Shown: in pieces, positions 1 to 9,478 of the stretch
Layout: every line of letters begins with the position of its first letter
Numbering within the stretch: the stretch's first letter is position 1
Assembly (NCBI GenBank): GCA_046582655.1
Contig: JAYGDX010000421.1
Coordinates: 1 to 18,047, forward strand
Direction: 5' to 3'
DNA length: 18,047 nucleotides
Source: Candidatus Poribacteria bacterium
Lineage (GTDB): Bacteria; Poribacteria; WGA-4E; UBA9662
Program-made: the position numbers and the translations under genes
Notes under the pieces: generated by a model
Database searches by the model: none
The model's input: the letters and a program-made list of their open reading frames with translations, nothing else
What the model was told of the DNA's origin: nothing

Positions 1-318
1 ACGTTCCCAGACAGGAAGTGGGTGCACAATGCGGCGACCTATGACGGTTCTGTGATGAAGGTTTTTGAAGATGGGAAAGAAATTGGAAAGGCTACTGCGG
101 ATAAAAAGATCGATGTGACGGACAATCCGCTATGGATTGGCAATGATGGTTACCAACAGCATTTCAATGGTCTGATTGACGAGGTTGCCATCTTTAATGT
201 GGCGCTTACGGTTGATGAGATTAAGCGCATCATAAAGCAGGGACTGTCTGAGGTGTTGGCGGTCTCTCCGCAAGGGAAAATTGCGCTCACATGGGGACGT
301 ATCAAAAACGACCTATAA
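1..318 (+). CDS. LamG/concanavalin A-like jelly-roll protein, C-terminal part (5' end outside window)
   Basis: Frame is open from base 1 (TFPDRKWVHNAATYDG...). LamG_3 hallmarks W-x-H-x-A-x-TYDG, LWIG and F-x-GLIDEVAIFNVALT; C-terminal LAVSPQGKIALTWGRIK tail. Confidence 0.9.
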   Translation, partial: TFPDRKWVHNAATYDGSVMKVFEDGKEIGKATADKKIDVTDNPLWIGNDGYQQHFNGLIDEVAIFNVALTVDEIKRIIKQGLSEVLAVSPQGKIALTWGRIKNDL

Positions 319-510
319 TTGTGCTCATCAGGTGCGCTCTGGGGTAAGGCGAAAATACTGGGCGTGAGGAAGCGCCGATGTTTATACGGCCTTTCCCTGT
401 TGAATCACCGTAATACGACTCCATAGGTTCCGTCTTTACGCTGATGTAGCACAAGCCGTATCAAAGGGACAGCTGTAGGAGATGCCGATAAAGGTACGAG
501 GATTGGCTGT

Positions 511-1704
511 ATGAGTAGTCGGACGATATTACTGTCACGGCATGGAAGTGGCCGGGCCTCAGCTTATGCCGAAGCAAACAAGATTGTCACCTTCCAACAC
601 AAGACGCATGTGGCTTGGCTTGACTCGGTGACCGACGGATTTTGCGTCCGGATTCGTACTCTGGATCGCCAGTCGAATCAGTGGTCGCGAATGTATACCA
701 TTGGTGCGGCATACGACAATCACGGAGGCCCCGCGTTAACTGTGGACGACCGGGGCTTTCTGCACGTCGTCTACTATCCGCACCACCACCCGTTTCGCTA
801 TCGAAAATCAAAGAGACCAAATGATGCCTCTGAATGGGAGGAAGAAATCGAGTTCGGTGAGGAACTTACTTACCCCACTCTTGTCTGTGGGCCGAGCGGT
901 ACGCTGTGCCTGACAGCACGCCGCAGCCGAAAGAGTCAACCTTGGTCAGTCGAGCGATGGACCAAACGTGTTGGAGAAGACTGGCAAGGTCCGCTGAGGA
1001 TCCTCCGCTCGTCAGCACGTGGCTACAGTCACTTCCAAGAGGCATTGGCGTGGAGCCCGGACCACCAGTCGCTGCATCTTTCCTGTAGGTTGCATGCAGA
1101 TCGAGGAACTTGCGAGACGGTTGCCTACATGTGTAGCGGTGACTTCGGAAAAACCTGGCATCGCCGTGATGGGTCGGTCATAGAATTACCGGCCTCGCCC
1201 GACATGATGGACGTCATTGCCACCGGAGGTCGATCCAAGGGATTGCTAAGTTACAAATGCGGTAGCATTGCCGTCGATCCCTGTGGAGTTCCACACATCT
1301 TGTACTCGGCTGGAAACGAATCTACGGCTGAGATGCTCATTGCTGCGCCCAACGACCGCGTTGGTTGGAAACGAAGGCCTCTGGCCAGCCAGTGGTCTGA
1401 CTGGCAGATCGGACCTGCTGCTGGGATGGCTTTCGACAAACAAGGTACGATGTTCGTCACCGCCACCTTGAGCCGTGAGAACAAGAGTGACATCGTCTTG
1501 CTGGTGTCGCGCGACGGCGGCGACAGATTCTCGATGGAATATCTTAGCAGCGACCTTCCACACGATCGCAAATGGTGGCCAAATCTGGAACGCCCCACAG
1601 GTCACAATGTCATTACCAAGCATCCCGGTGTACTTTTCACCGCAGGTACCCGTGGAGAAGGCAACGATGACATCCTGTCGAATGATGTCTATTGGGTCGG
1701 TTGA
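511..1704 (+). CDS. BNR-repeat (BNR_4-like) sialidase-fold beta-propeller protein, putative carbohydrate-active enzyme
   Basis: 397-aa ORF with DNHGGPALTVDDRGFLHVVYYPHH (typical of BNR_4), TYP motif, and Asp-boxes SGDFGKTW and SRDGGDRF. Confidence 0.8.
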   Translation: MSSRTILLSRHGSGRASAYAEANKIVTFQHKTHVAWLDSVTDGFCVRIRTLDRQSNQWSRMYTIGAAYDNHGGPALTVDDRGFLHVVYYPHHHPFRYRKSKRPNDASEWEEEIEFGEELTYPTLVCGPSGTLCLTARRSRKSQPWSVERWTKRVGEDWQGPLRILRSSARGYSHFQEALAWSPDHQSLHLSCRLHADRGTCETVAYMCSGDFGKTWHRRDGSVIELPASPDMMDVIATGGRSKGLLSYKCGSIAVDPCGVPHILYSAGNESTAEMLIAAPNDRVGWKRRPLASQWSDWQIGPAAGMAFDKQGTMFVTATLSRENKSDIVLLVSRDGGDRFSMEYLSSDLPHDRKWWPNLERPTGHNVITKHPGVLFTAGTRGEGNDDILSNDVYWVG

Positions 1705-1807
1705 CGGTAGTGAAGGTTGCTAAACACGGTGTTATTTCGTGGAACGCTTAGAATTGCTCACTGCGAATACCGGAAGTTAGCTCAATGCCCACAGCAGAGG
1801 AAATAGG

Positions 1808-2033
1808 CACGGCGATACATACATTACGTCGGATAATTTTCCAGCGCAAAAGGACAGCTTCCAGAACAGCGTAACTTTGCATTGCACCCACCGCCTAGAA
1901 GAGTGTAGCCTGATATAGACAGGTTGATCATCTACTGACTCATCTCTTGTCATTGCGTGACCGCCCGATTTGTCAGAAACAATTCCTGCCAGCGCCCCAC
2001 CGCTTTACCCCGATACCGCAGTCGTGGTAGAAT
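1808..2033 (+). repeat. Copy A (full length) of ~230-bp dispersed non-coding module
   Basis: CACGGCGATACATACATTACGTCGGATAATTTTCC...ACAGCGTAA...TAGCCTGATATAGA...CCCACCGCTTTACCCC...TGGTAGAAT. 1808-1874 matches 16732-16798 at 63/67 positions. Confidence 0.92.
2004..2033 (+). promoter_or_regulatory. sigma70-type promoter at 3' end of module copy A
   Basis: TTTACC (2004-2009), 18-nt spacer, TGg-TAGAAT (2028-2033); same architecture in copies C and E. Confidence 0.65.
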
Positions 2034-2076
2034 ACCAAAGCTAATCCTACAGCTTCAGGCTCAAAGGGCAACTAAT

Positions 2077-2175
2077 ATGGCCAACGCATTCATTTCCTAT
2101 TCGCGCAAGGATATCGAGTTCGCTCAACACTTGTGCCATAATATAATTGCATTCGGTGAAGCTGTCAGTTTGTAG
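2077..2175 (+). pseudogene. TIR-domain protein N-terminal stub (copy 1)
   Basis: ATG 2077 gives MANAFISYSRKDIEFAQHL; FISYSRKD is TIR box 1. It then diverges and stops after 32 aa. Paralogous to 5008-5139, including the upstream leader. Confidence 0.75.
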
Positions 2176-2502
2176 GGAACCTGACCTGAGGATACCCCCC
2201 AAGCAAAAGTAAATCCAATATTACTAAGTCTGGCCCTGTCACTAGTTGAGAGATATGGGTTTTATATGAGAGTCGTGTTGGGTTTCTGGTAAATGATTTT
2301 TAATGGAGGGGAACTAAGGACGGTCAGTTTCAATTATATAAATCTTTAGGATTTGAGTAATCAAGACGTCGAAATGACAAAGTTATAGATACATCAACAG
2401 GGTTATAATGGCAAAAGAAAATAATCAAGTACCATTTAAGCAATTTAGGGAAAATTATTCTAATGCAACTACCGAGAAAAATATTGAGGCTCTGACTGGG
2501 CA

Positions 2503-3549
2503 ATGAAAACGAAACCGCTAAACGTCGGCGTGATTGGTTGTGGCGCACACGGGCGTGGCCACGTGGCGGGATATGGTCAACTCCTCGATGCTTACATCGT
2601 AGCCGTTGCTGATGCCGACCCGCAACGCGCTAAGCAGGTTGCCGTTGAGTTTGGTGTAGAGTATCACTATGTAGATTATCGCGATATGCTCGCACACCAC
2701 CCTCTTGACATCGTCAGCTTGGCACTACCCCCGGCGCTCAATCCAGACGCGGTGCTGGCTGCCTTTGCGGTGGGCGCCCATGTAATGGCCTCCAAACCTC
2801 TAGCCGTTAGTTTGGCACAAGCCGAGAAAATCATTACAACGGCCCGAAGCACAGGCAAGCTGCTGACCATGGGGTTACAGAATCGTTGCCTGCCAGAGGT
2901 GCAGGCACTACGACGGATCATCGCCAACGGTCGTCTGGGCCGAGTTTATCACGCACGGCTCTGGCATGGCCATGTCATGCATGTCCCCCCGACCCCGACG
3001 ATGTGTCAACGAGCACTGGCTGGTGGCGGCGTGCTCTTCCACACAATGATTCACCTCCTCGACGCTGTACTATGGGCTTTAGGCAATCTCAGACCAGTGC
3101 GAGCGACCGCTTCCAGCTACCGGAAATTTGGTCGGATGTCGAACCCACCTGCTACCTGGGAAGGCCCGGTCGATGCTTGCGATATTGAAGATTTCAATGT
3201 CGGTCTGGTACACTTTGCTGACGGATCGACAATGAGCCTGGAGAGCAACTGGCTGATGCACCCTCGGACTCGGCAGAGTGGTGCCGAGCTTTTGGGCGAT
3301 TGGGGAGTAGCAGGTTTACGGCCGCTGAGTCTGGAACTCGAACAGGAGGGAGAAATCATCGATGCGACCCCTGAGCTACCTGCCAATCCGCCGGATGCAT
3401 TCGGTCAGATATGTCTTGACTTCTGCCAGAGCATACGCCAAAATCGCACGCCCTTAGTGCGATTTGGTGAAATGCTCAATGTTCAGCGTATTATGGACAC
3501 CCTTTATCGGGCGGCTGATTCAGGCCACGAGGTCAAAATCCTCACCTGA
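2503..3549 (+). CDS. Gfo/Idh/MocA family NAD(P)-dependent oxidoreductase
   Basis: N-terminal VGVIGCGAHG Rossmann motif, HVMASKPLA (variant of EKP motif), AGGGVLFHTMIHLLD. Confidence 0.92.
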   Translation: MKTKPLNVGVIGCGAHGRGHVAGYGQLLDAYIVAVADADPQRAKQVAVEFGVEYHYVDYRDMLAHHPLDIVSLALPPALNPDAVLAAFAVGAHVMASKPLAVSLAQAEKIITTARSTGKLLTMGLQNRCLPEVQALRRIIANGRLGRVYHARLWHGHVMHVPPTPTMCQRALAGGGVLFHTMIHLLDAVLWALGNLRPVRATASSYRKFGRMSNPPATWEGPVDACDIEDFNVGLVHFADGSTMSLESNWLMHPRTRQSGAELLGDWGVAGLRPLSLELEQEGEIIDATPELPANPPDAFGQICLDFCQSIRQNRTPLVRFGEMLNVQRIMDTLYRAADSGHEVKILT

Positions 3550-3851
3550 AGCAAAAAGCTGTGCCCCTGCTACATGAAGGTCATCCAAGAGCGAAGAATA
3601 TTGATATAAAGACGCTGATACAGCAGTACGAGAAATAGGCAGAAATCATTTCACAGCTTTGATGATTTTAGAATTATAGATTTGGGAGAGAAAACCATAC
3701 TTTATGAGGGATTCAGAGGAGATGTAGATTCATTGAATGTTTTCGGCAGGAGCAAGTTAGCAACATACAGATTGCCAAGTTGTGGCATTGATAGATCAAG
3801 CGCGTGATCATCGTCAAGCTTTTACAGACCGATATGGTAATGAGGTAATTA

Positions 3852-4952
3852 ATGTCTGATGATTTAGTTTTGGGAATGATTGGCGCTGGCAATATTGCCA
3901 GCCGTCATCTGGCAAATTTGGAGTTTCTGGGCCGGAACCGTATTGTGGGGCTGTGCGATCTCGATTTGGACAAGGCGAAAGAACTGTCAGGTCGATGTGG
4001 GGCTAAACCGTATACCAATTTTGAAGAGATGTTTGATCGTGAACCCGGACTGGATGCTGTGGTGATCTGTACGCCGCCAATAGTACGCAGATCTATTTTT
4101 GAATTGGCTATCGAACGAGGCATTGGTGTGTACTGTGAGAAGCCACCGGCAGATACTCTTGAAGAGGCAAAACATATAGCCCACATGGTAGATGGAAGTG
4201 ACATTATTTGTAGCGTGGGATTTCATATGCGCTATTCGCCTTCTATCGATCGATTTCGAGAGCTTATGGAAGGCAGAACAGTTAATTTTGTACAGAGTAT
4301 TTCAGCTGGGTCTTCTGCTGTGACTCGTTCGCTTGATGATTGGTTTTTCCTCAAAGAGAAATCAGGCGGACACATTATGGATCAAGCTATCCACTCTATC
4401 GATTTGATGCGTTTGGTGGTAGGGGAAATTTCGCACGTGCAGACGTTTGGCAACAATGTTGTGTGTCCAAAGATGAATGATTTCACCATTGAAGATACGA
4501 CATGTACTAATATTCGGTTTGCCGGAGGTGCTTCGGGGTCTCACATTCACTCATGGGCAGCACAACGAGGCATAAATGAGTTGATGATCGCCGGGGCAGA
4601 TTTCACATTTTCCCTTGCACCACATAGTCCACCACATGTGTCTGGTTGGATCGGGGAACCCGGACAAGATCATGAAAAGGTTGACCAAACATTTCCTCAA
4701 GGGCCAGCAATGGGACGCAGTGGTCGTATTTCGGAAAAACGAAGGCTTAAAGACCCACCCGACCCGCCACATTGTGAGAGCATGCAAGTTTTTTTGGAAG
4801 CGGTTCGTACCGGAGATGGTAGCTGGATTCGTAGTCTGTTTAGCAATGCTGTGCAATCGCTAGCTACTGTGCTGGCTATGAATCGGTCGATTGATTCGGG
4901 ACAGGTAGAGGTGGTCGAATTATCAGGAGAACCTCCTACCCATCCCAATTAA
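3852..4952 (+). CDS. Gfo/Idh/MocA family NAD(P)-dependent oxidoreductase
   Basis: GMIGAGNIA, VYCEKPPA, SGGHIMDQAIHSIDL; RBS-like GAGGT upstream of ATG. Confidence 0.92.
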   Translation: MSDDLVLGMIGAGNIASRHLANLEFLGRNRIVGLCDLDLDKAKELSGRCGAKPYTNFEEMFDREPGLDAVVICTPPIVRRSIFELAIERGIGVYCEKPPADTLEEAKHIAHMVDGSDIICSVGFHMRYSPSIDRFRELMEGRTVNFVQSISAGSSAVTRSLDDWFFLKEKSGGHIMDQAIHSIDLMRLVVGEISHVQTFGNNVVCPKMNDFTIEDTTCTNIRFAGGASGSHIHSWAAQRGINELMIAGADFTFSLAPHSPPHVSGWIGEPGQDHEKVDQTFPQGPAMGRSGRISEKRRLKDPPDPPHCESMQVFLEAVRTGDGSWIRSLFSNAVQSLATVLAMNRSIDSGQVEVVELSGEPPTHPN

Positions 4953-5007
4953 TTTAGCAACAAATCCGAAGCTAGTCCTACAACTTAAAGCTCAAAGGGC
5001 TACTAGT

Positions 5008-5139
5008 ATGGCCGATGTATTTATCTCCTATTCCCGTAAAGATATAGAGTTTGCTCAGCGTCTGCACCAAGAACTGGAAGCCAGAGACCGTGAGCCGTGG
5101 GCGGACTGGCGGGATATACCTCCTACAGCCGAAGGTTAG
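5008..5139 (+). pseudogene. TIR-domain protein N-terminal stub (copy 2)
   Basis: Hand translation: MADVFISYSRKDIEFAQRLHQELEARDREPWADWRDIPPTAEG* (43 aa), covering TIR box 1 and the W-x-D-x-x-DIP segment; truncated. Confidence 0.8.
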
Positions 5140-5156
5140 CTGGAACAGTGGCCTAA

Positions 5157-5339
5157 TTTCTCGAGGAGGATCTGTCCTAGTCGAAGCACCAGGAGGAGAT
5201 GGTGCCACCCCACTTCACTTTGCGTGTACCATTGAGGTTGCCTGTTTGTAGGACACTTTGCGATGTTGGTGTCGACAAGTCAGCAGTAAACGCAGCGGGG
5301 AATCGGCCTGTTGAGGTTGCAATTAGGTGCCGTCTTTAG
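5157..5339 (+). pseudogene. Ankyrin-repeat gene fragments (frameshifted)
   Basis: FLEEDLS/LVEAPGGDGATPLHFACTIEVACL* followed in another frame by CDVGVDKSAVNAAGNRPVEVA; ankyrin G-x-TPLHxA consensus. Confidence 0.6.
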
Positions 5340-5372
5340 AAGTTACTTCATATCACTCAATAGGGGGTCATC

Positions 5373-6041
5373 ATGACAATTACTCTGAAGGAACTAAAAT
5401 TTGTCGCTACCGAAGAAAAAGGGGATGTCTCTGCCCTGTATGCGGAGCCAGAATTGGCTAAGGCGCTGTTAGTACTAGGGCATGGTGCAGGTACGCATAT
5501 GCGACATCCATTTATACAAGATCTGAGTAACGCTTTGAACCAGGCAGGGATTGCTACCTTTCGGTTTAACTATCCTTATTCCGAAAAGGGAGGTGGTATG
5601 GATGGTGAGAAAGTACGTTTGGCCACCGTGTGTGCGGCTGTGACTGCCGCCAATAATGAAGTACGGGGACTACCTGTCTTCGCTGGCGGGCATTCCATGA
5701 GCGGACGAATGGTTTCCATGGCGTGTGCCCAAGGGGCAATGGATCAACTGAAGGGGATTATATTTTTTGCCTTTCCGCTTTATTCAAGTAAACCAAGTAC
5801 CGAACGTGCTGAGCATCTAAAGTCTGTTATTGCGCCGATGCTGTTTCTTTCAGGCCAACGCGATAAAATGGCCGACCTCAAATTATTACAACCAGTGGTG
5901 GAAGGATTGGAGCAGGCGGCTTTACACATCGTAGACACCGCCGACCACGGCTTCAAAATATTAAAACGAAGAAACACAGACGAACCGGTAATGGACGAAT
6001 TGGCTCGCGTCTCGGCAAGTTGGATGTTAGAAAATATGTAG
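5373..6041 (+). CDS. alpha/beta hydrolase (KANL3/Tex30-like, Abhydrolase_11-type)
   Basis: LGHGAG, RFNYPY, nucleophile elbow GGHSMSG, acid in GQRD, His in ADHGF; RBS-like AGGGGG upstream. Confidence 0.88.
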   Translation: MTITLKELKFVATEEKGDVSALYAEPELAKALLVLGHGAGTHMRHPFIQDLSNALNQAGIATFRFNYPYSEKGGGMDGEKVRLATVCAAVTAANNEVRGLPVFAGGHSMSGRMVSMACAQGAMDQLKGIIFFAFPLYSSKPSTERAEHLKSVIAPMLFLSGQRDKMADLKLLQPVVEGLEQAALHIVDTADHGFKILKRRNTDEPVMDELARVSASWMLENM

Positions 6042-6072
6042 CTGATCAAACTGTTTTCGTTGGGTGAAAAGT

Positions 6073-6327
6073 ATGACTGAAAGACCAGAGCGGTTTACTT
6101 TCAACTCGAAAGAACTTCCGAAACAGATCGTCACTGAGGGAGTAATTTGGGAGGGTGTCGTTTGGGAACTCAACGATCATTGCTGTGACCTTGTTATGTG
6201 GTTTAATACCGAACAAGAGGCATGTGCGGCTTTAGAGTTTGTTTGCGAATATGTCGAGCGACACGGGGACATCAATTTCATAGCCTTCCCCAATTCTTTG
6301 GATGATCCATTTGATTCTCGCTTATAA
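6073..6327 (+). CDS. Small acidic hypothetical protein
   Basis: 84-aa ORF from ATG 6073 (ORF track starts at GTG 6064); no family recognised. Confidence 0.55.
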   Translation: MTERPERFTFNSKELPKQIVTEGVIWEGVVWELNDHCCDLVMWFNTEQEACAALEFVCEYVERHGDINFIAFPNSLDDPFDSRL

Positions 6328-6383
6328 AGTGGAGTCCTCTTTTACAAAAAAGCGTGCATTTGGTCGTCAAACAGAGGGGGGAA

Positions 6384-6614
6384 ATGCCCAAATTAATTGG
6401 TCTCAAGAAAGAAGCAGATAAGTGGATGTCAAAAAATGCTGGAATTGCACGAACCTTTGGTGAAACGATCCGAAAGGTTTATCCTTCTTTTCAAACTGCT
6501 ACTTTTGCTGATGTACCTCTTGATAGGGCTTAAAGTTTTACCATTCCATGTATGAACGCATTGCATCTGGATAAGGCCATGGACATGGAACTCTATAAAC
6601 TATCTGTCACCTGA
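6384..6614 (+). pseudogene. Small hypothetical gene with internal stop
   Basis: RBS-like GAGGGGG then ATG 6384: MPKLIGLKKEADKW...VPLDRA*(TAA 6531)SFTIPCMNALHLDKAMDMELYKLSVT*, all in one frame. Confidence 0.35.
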
Positions 6615-6813
6615 CTAGTGGGTTGCGACAAGGTGGGATACTGGACGATTTTCGTAATCCCGCCACAGCAGTCTTCACTTCATAAGGCATCAAAGGATTC
6701 CCAAGCAATGTTTGTGTTCCGTACTATGGCTTCTGGTGGTATACACCACACATTCCATCAAGGACAATTCGTCAATTCAAAGTTAACGAGCGAATACTAG
6801 AAAGGTGGGGAGG

Positions 6814-7983
6814 ATGCCAAAAGCACAACTAACTGGGAAACAGAGTGATTTTCTTAAAATTGTGGTTGCCGCTGCGGGGAGGGGCGATCTCGAAGCCGTC
6901 TGTGAGTTAGTTGATGAGAAACCGAATTGGATTCACACGGTTGGATCTCACGGACGTACGATGCTATGGGAGGCATCATACCGAGGGAAAAAAGATGTCG
7001 TCCGATTTCTGGTAGAGCGCGGTGCAGATGTGCACATCTGCGGCTGTCATTATACGCCACATCGCGTCGAAATTAGCCCCTATTGTGTCGCCAAGTTGAC
7101 GGGTCGAGACGCGGTAGCGAATTATCTGCAGGCAAACGGCGCTAGGGTTGACATCCATACCGCTGCCTATCTGGGCGATTACAAATCAGTTGTTGTTCTT
7201 CTGGACGCAGATCCATCACTTTTGAATCAAGGACATCCACAGCACGATATGGGGCGGGGCGATAAGCGGCATCTGGGTTTCTATACTGTGTCTGCGGCGT
7301 GGGCCACGCCGGTTTGTTATGCTATCGTCGGCGGTCATAGAGAAATAGTCGAACTGCTAATTTCACGTGGGGCGACGATAAAGCCTTACAGCAAACAACT
7401 GCTTGGGTTTGCCGTTGGAGGAAACCATGTAGATCTTGTGCAGTTCTTACTCGAAAATGGCACTGACCCCAACAAAACCCCTCAAGTTATGGCAGATCGT
7501 TATGAACTATTAGGATTGCTAAAATCATACGGTGTGATGCCTGCTGACATCAACACTTCGAACAAAATGGGTTGGCCACCGCTTGTCTACGCGAGCCGTG
7601 GAGACAAAGGGGAGCACCCAGAAGAGGTACAGAGGCTGTTGAACCTTGGTGCAAATGTGGATGTCCGGAACTACAAGGGAAAAACTGCGCTTCACTGTGC
7701 CGCCAAAGCGGGTTTTGTTCGAGTAATAGAGGTACTGCTTAAAAATAGAGTTGACGTCAATGCGACGGATAAGAACGGGGAAACGCCGCTGTTTGAGGCT
7801 ATTAGATCAACGATCAAGAAAGTGGAGAAAAAGGTGGAAGTGACATCTCTGTTGCTCTCGAATGGTGCTTTGATTAATCACGGGAACCATAAAGGGGAAA
7901 CGCCTCTGAAACTGGCACAACGCTCGAGAAGGCAAGAAGCTTCTGAGATTCTCAGGATGCTTGAATCACTTACTATAAGGTAG
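6814..7983 (+). CDS. Ankyrin-repeat protein
   Basis: Multiple ANK repeats (GRTMLWEA, ATPVCYA, GWPPLVYA, GKTALHCAA, GETPLFEA, GETPLKLA). Start placed at ATG 6814; GTG 6805 is the alternative. Confidence 0.92.
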   Translation: MPKAQLTGKQSDFLKIVVAAAGRGDLEAVCELVDEKPNWIHTVGSHGRTMLWEASYRGKKDVVRFLVERGADVHICGCHYTPHRVEISPYCVAKLTGRDAVANYLQANGARVDIHTAAYLGDYKSVVVLLDADPSLLNQGHPQHDMGRGDKRHLGFYTVSAAWATPVCYAIVGGHREIVELLISRGATIKPYSKQLLGFAVGGNHVDLVQFLLENGTDPNKTPQVMADRYELLGLLKSYGVMPADINTSNKMGWPPLVYASRGDKGEHPEEVQRLLNLGANVDVRNYKGKTALHCAAKAGFVRVIEVLLKNRVDVNATDKNGETPLFEAIRSTIKKVEKKVEVTSLLLSNGALINHGNHKGETPLKLAQRSRRQEASEILRMLESLTIR

Positions 7984-7992
7984 AAATACCAG

Positions 7993-8073
7993 GACGGCGA
8001 CACATACAAGGCGTCGGATAATTTCCAAGCGGGAAAGCACAGACTCCAAGACAGCGTAACATGGCACTCCATC
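7993..8073 (+). repeat. Copy B (5' third only) of ~230-bp module
   Basis: GACGGCGACACATACAAGGCGTCGGATAATTTCC...AAGACAGCGTAAC; starts ~10 bp after the ankyrin gene stop. Confidence 0.88.
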
Positions 8074-8247
8074 CTTCTGTTCGTCACAACCAGTTGGTTT
8101 CTGCAGATACTTTGATTATTTTCCCGGCTGATTGATATTATGAACTGCTAATGGCGGCTCCGACGTGAAAATGTGCTACTGGGAAAACCGGCTAGGATTT
8201 AGTCGCGGAGGGTGCTAATCTACCCCAGTTAAGGTTGCCGGGTAATT

Positions 8248-9042
8248 CTATTTCTTAATTTGTGCCCAGATAGTGCTGAGTTTAGCTGTCGATTCGACAC
8301 CGAGTTCTGCCTCTAACCCTTTATTCATTAGGTTCTGAATATCAGCTTTTTGCAATGGGATATTGAAGATGATCATTTCATCAAACAGGCCTTCCCACTC
8401 TCGACCGCCACCGCTCCATGAACCGATGCGGCCAGGGCCAAATGCACCTGGGTGTGGTCCCCATTTACCTTCCGCATCAAGTTTCCCGTCAAAGTAGACT
8501 TGCATCGAGCCTTTTTTACTCGAGTATACAACAGCTAAATGATGCCACTGGTTGAGAATTTTTTTATCTGCGGCGAAGGGTGAGTTCCCCCAACCGGGAT
8601 GGCGAACTGGATTATTGGAATGGATGGCCATCTCCATTTTGTTGTCTGGTCGAAATTGATAATGGACAAATCCTGAAGACCAGCCATCACGATTGAAGAA
8701 GCATCGCCATAGCCCAACTCTTCCCGTGGAATTGAACCATTTTAGGATGGTAAATTCCTCCAGCGGTTTGATTTCTGGAACGTTGACCCAAGCATCCTTG
8801 CCATTTAACTCGATGGCATTGCCGAATTTGCCCTTGACCCATTTGGCCCCACCAACGAGTTCGCCATTCTTGTTATTGCCAGACGAGTCGGTGGCAATTT
8901 TTCCCTTAGCCTCATTAAATAGCCACGCACCGACAATGGATTTCGAATCAATTTCAGCATAACCTGTGCCGGCGTCGAACCAAGTCGGACAGATTAAGCC
9001 AATGGTGATTAAACCGAGACAGATCGCATTAGAATGTGTCAT
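8248..9042 (-). CDS. Secreted LamG/concanavalin A-like domain protein
   Basis: ATG 9042 with AGGAG RBS; signal-peptide-like N-terminus; W-x-FNE...DSSGN...GKFGNAIELNG, WHHLAVVY, GLFDEMIIFN; C-terminal LGVESTAKLSTIWAQIKK. Confidence 0.92.
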   Translation of the reverse strand: MTHSNAICLGLITIGLICPTWFDAGTGYAEIDSKSIVGAWLFNEAKGKIATDSSGNNKNGELVGGAKWVKGKFGNAIELNGKDAWVNVPEIKPLEEFTILKWFNSTGRVGLWRCFFNRDGWSSGFVHYQFRPDNKMEMAIHSNNPVRHPGWGNSPFAADKKILNQWHHLAVVYSSKKGSMQVYFDGKLDAEGKWGPHPGAFGPGRIGSWSGGGREWEGLFDEMIIFNIPLQKADIQNLMNKGLEAELGVESTAKLSTIWAQIKK

Positions 9043-9139
9043 TTTTCTCCTGTCTATGCTGAGTGATCTTTGGCATACAATAAAAAGGGTTGAGGGGGAA
9101 GAAGCCACCAGTTCCGCCTCAAAACAAATGTGTTTCCGA

Positions 9140-9304
9140 AAAAAATAAAGAAGGTATTCTGGCAGAAGTAAGGTTGTTTTCCATAGTGAATGTGTCCGTT
9201 TTTGACCACTTGCTCACAACCAAACGGTGAGCATTGAGGCAAGATATGAATCCCATTTTCAGCCTTAATTTTACTTTAATATCATTTGCCCCTAGGATAC
9301 TACC
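9140..9304 (-). mobile_element. IS1-family remnant: left end plus InsA-like zinc-ribbon fragment
   Basis: Minus-strand MPQCSPFGCEQVVKNGHIHYGKQPYFCQ matches the InsA C-x-x-C...VVKNG...GKQ-x-[YF]-x-C pattern. About 60 bp upstream the minus strand begins GGTAGTATCCTAGGGGCAAATGAT (from 9304), resembling IS1-family GGTA-starting terminal IRs. No catalytic domain or right end seen. Confidence 0.65.
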
Positions 9305-9478
9305 GAAGTTGGAAATGTGGAAAGAGACTCTACGACACAATCTGATGCCTGTCAAGTGTTATTTTAAGCTCTTAATGGTAACCTACAATCTCCAGTTTAG
9401 AGCCATCAATTCCTCCGAAAATTAATCTAAAACTGGAAAAGATTGAGTTAAGTCAACTACTTTTCACCGATGATATGA

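Noticed and set aside
317..351. Reverse-strand copy of the module promoter box (GGGGTAAGGCG)
   Set aside because: 10/11 match to the box 4 complement, but the other boxes are not at the expected distances and the -10 is poor.
411..427. T7 promoter-like TAATACGACTCCATAGG
   Set aside because: 11-nt match then a 2-nt deletion versus TAATACGACTCACTATAGG; single occurrence with no phage or vector context; likely chance.
1807..1840. dif/pdif (XerCD) site at the module left end (GCACGGCGATA-CATACA-TTACGTCGGAT)
   Set aside because: Only a loose resemblance: the XerC-arm TAA is missing and the TTA of the would-be XerD arm is replaced in copies B, D and E. A different recombinase remains possible.
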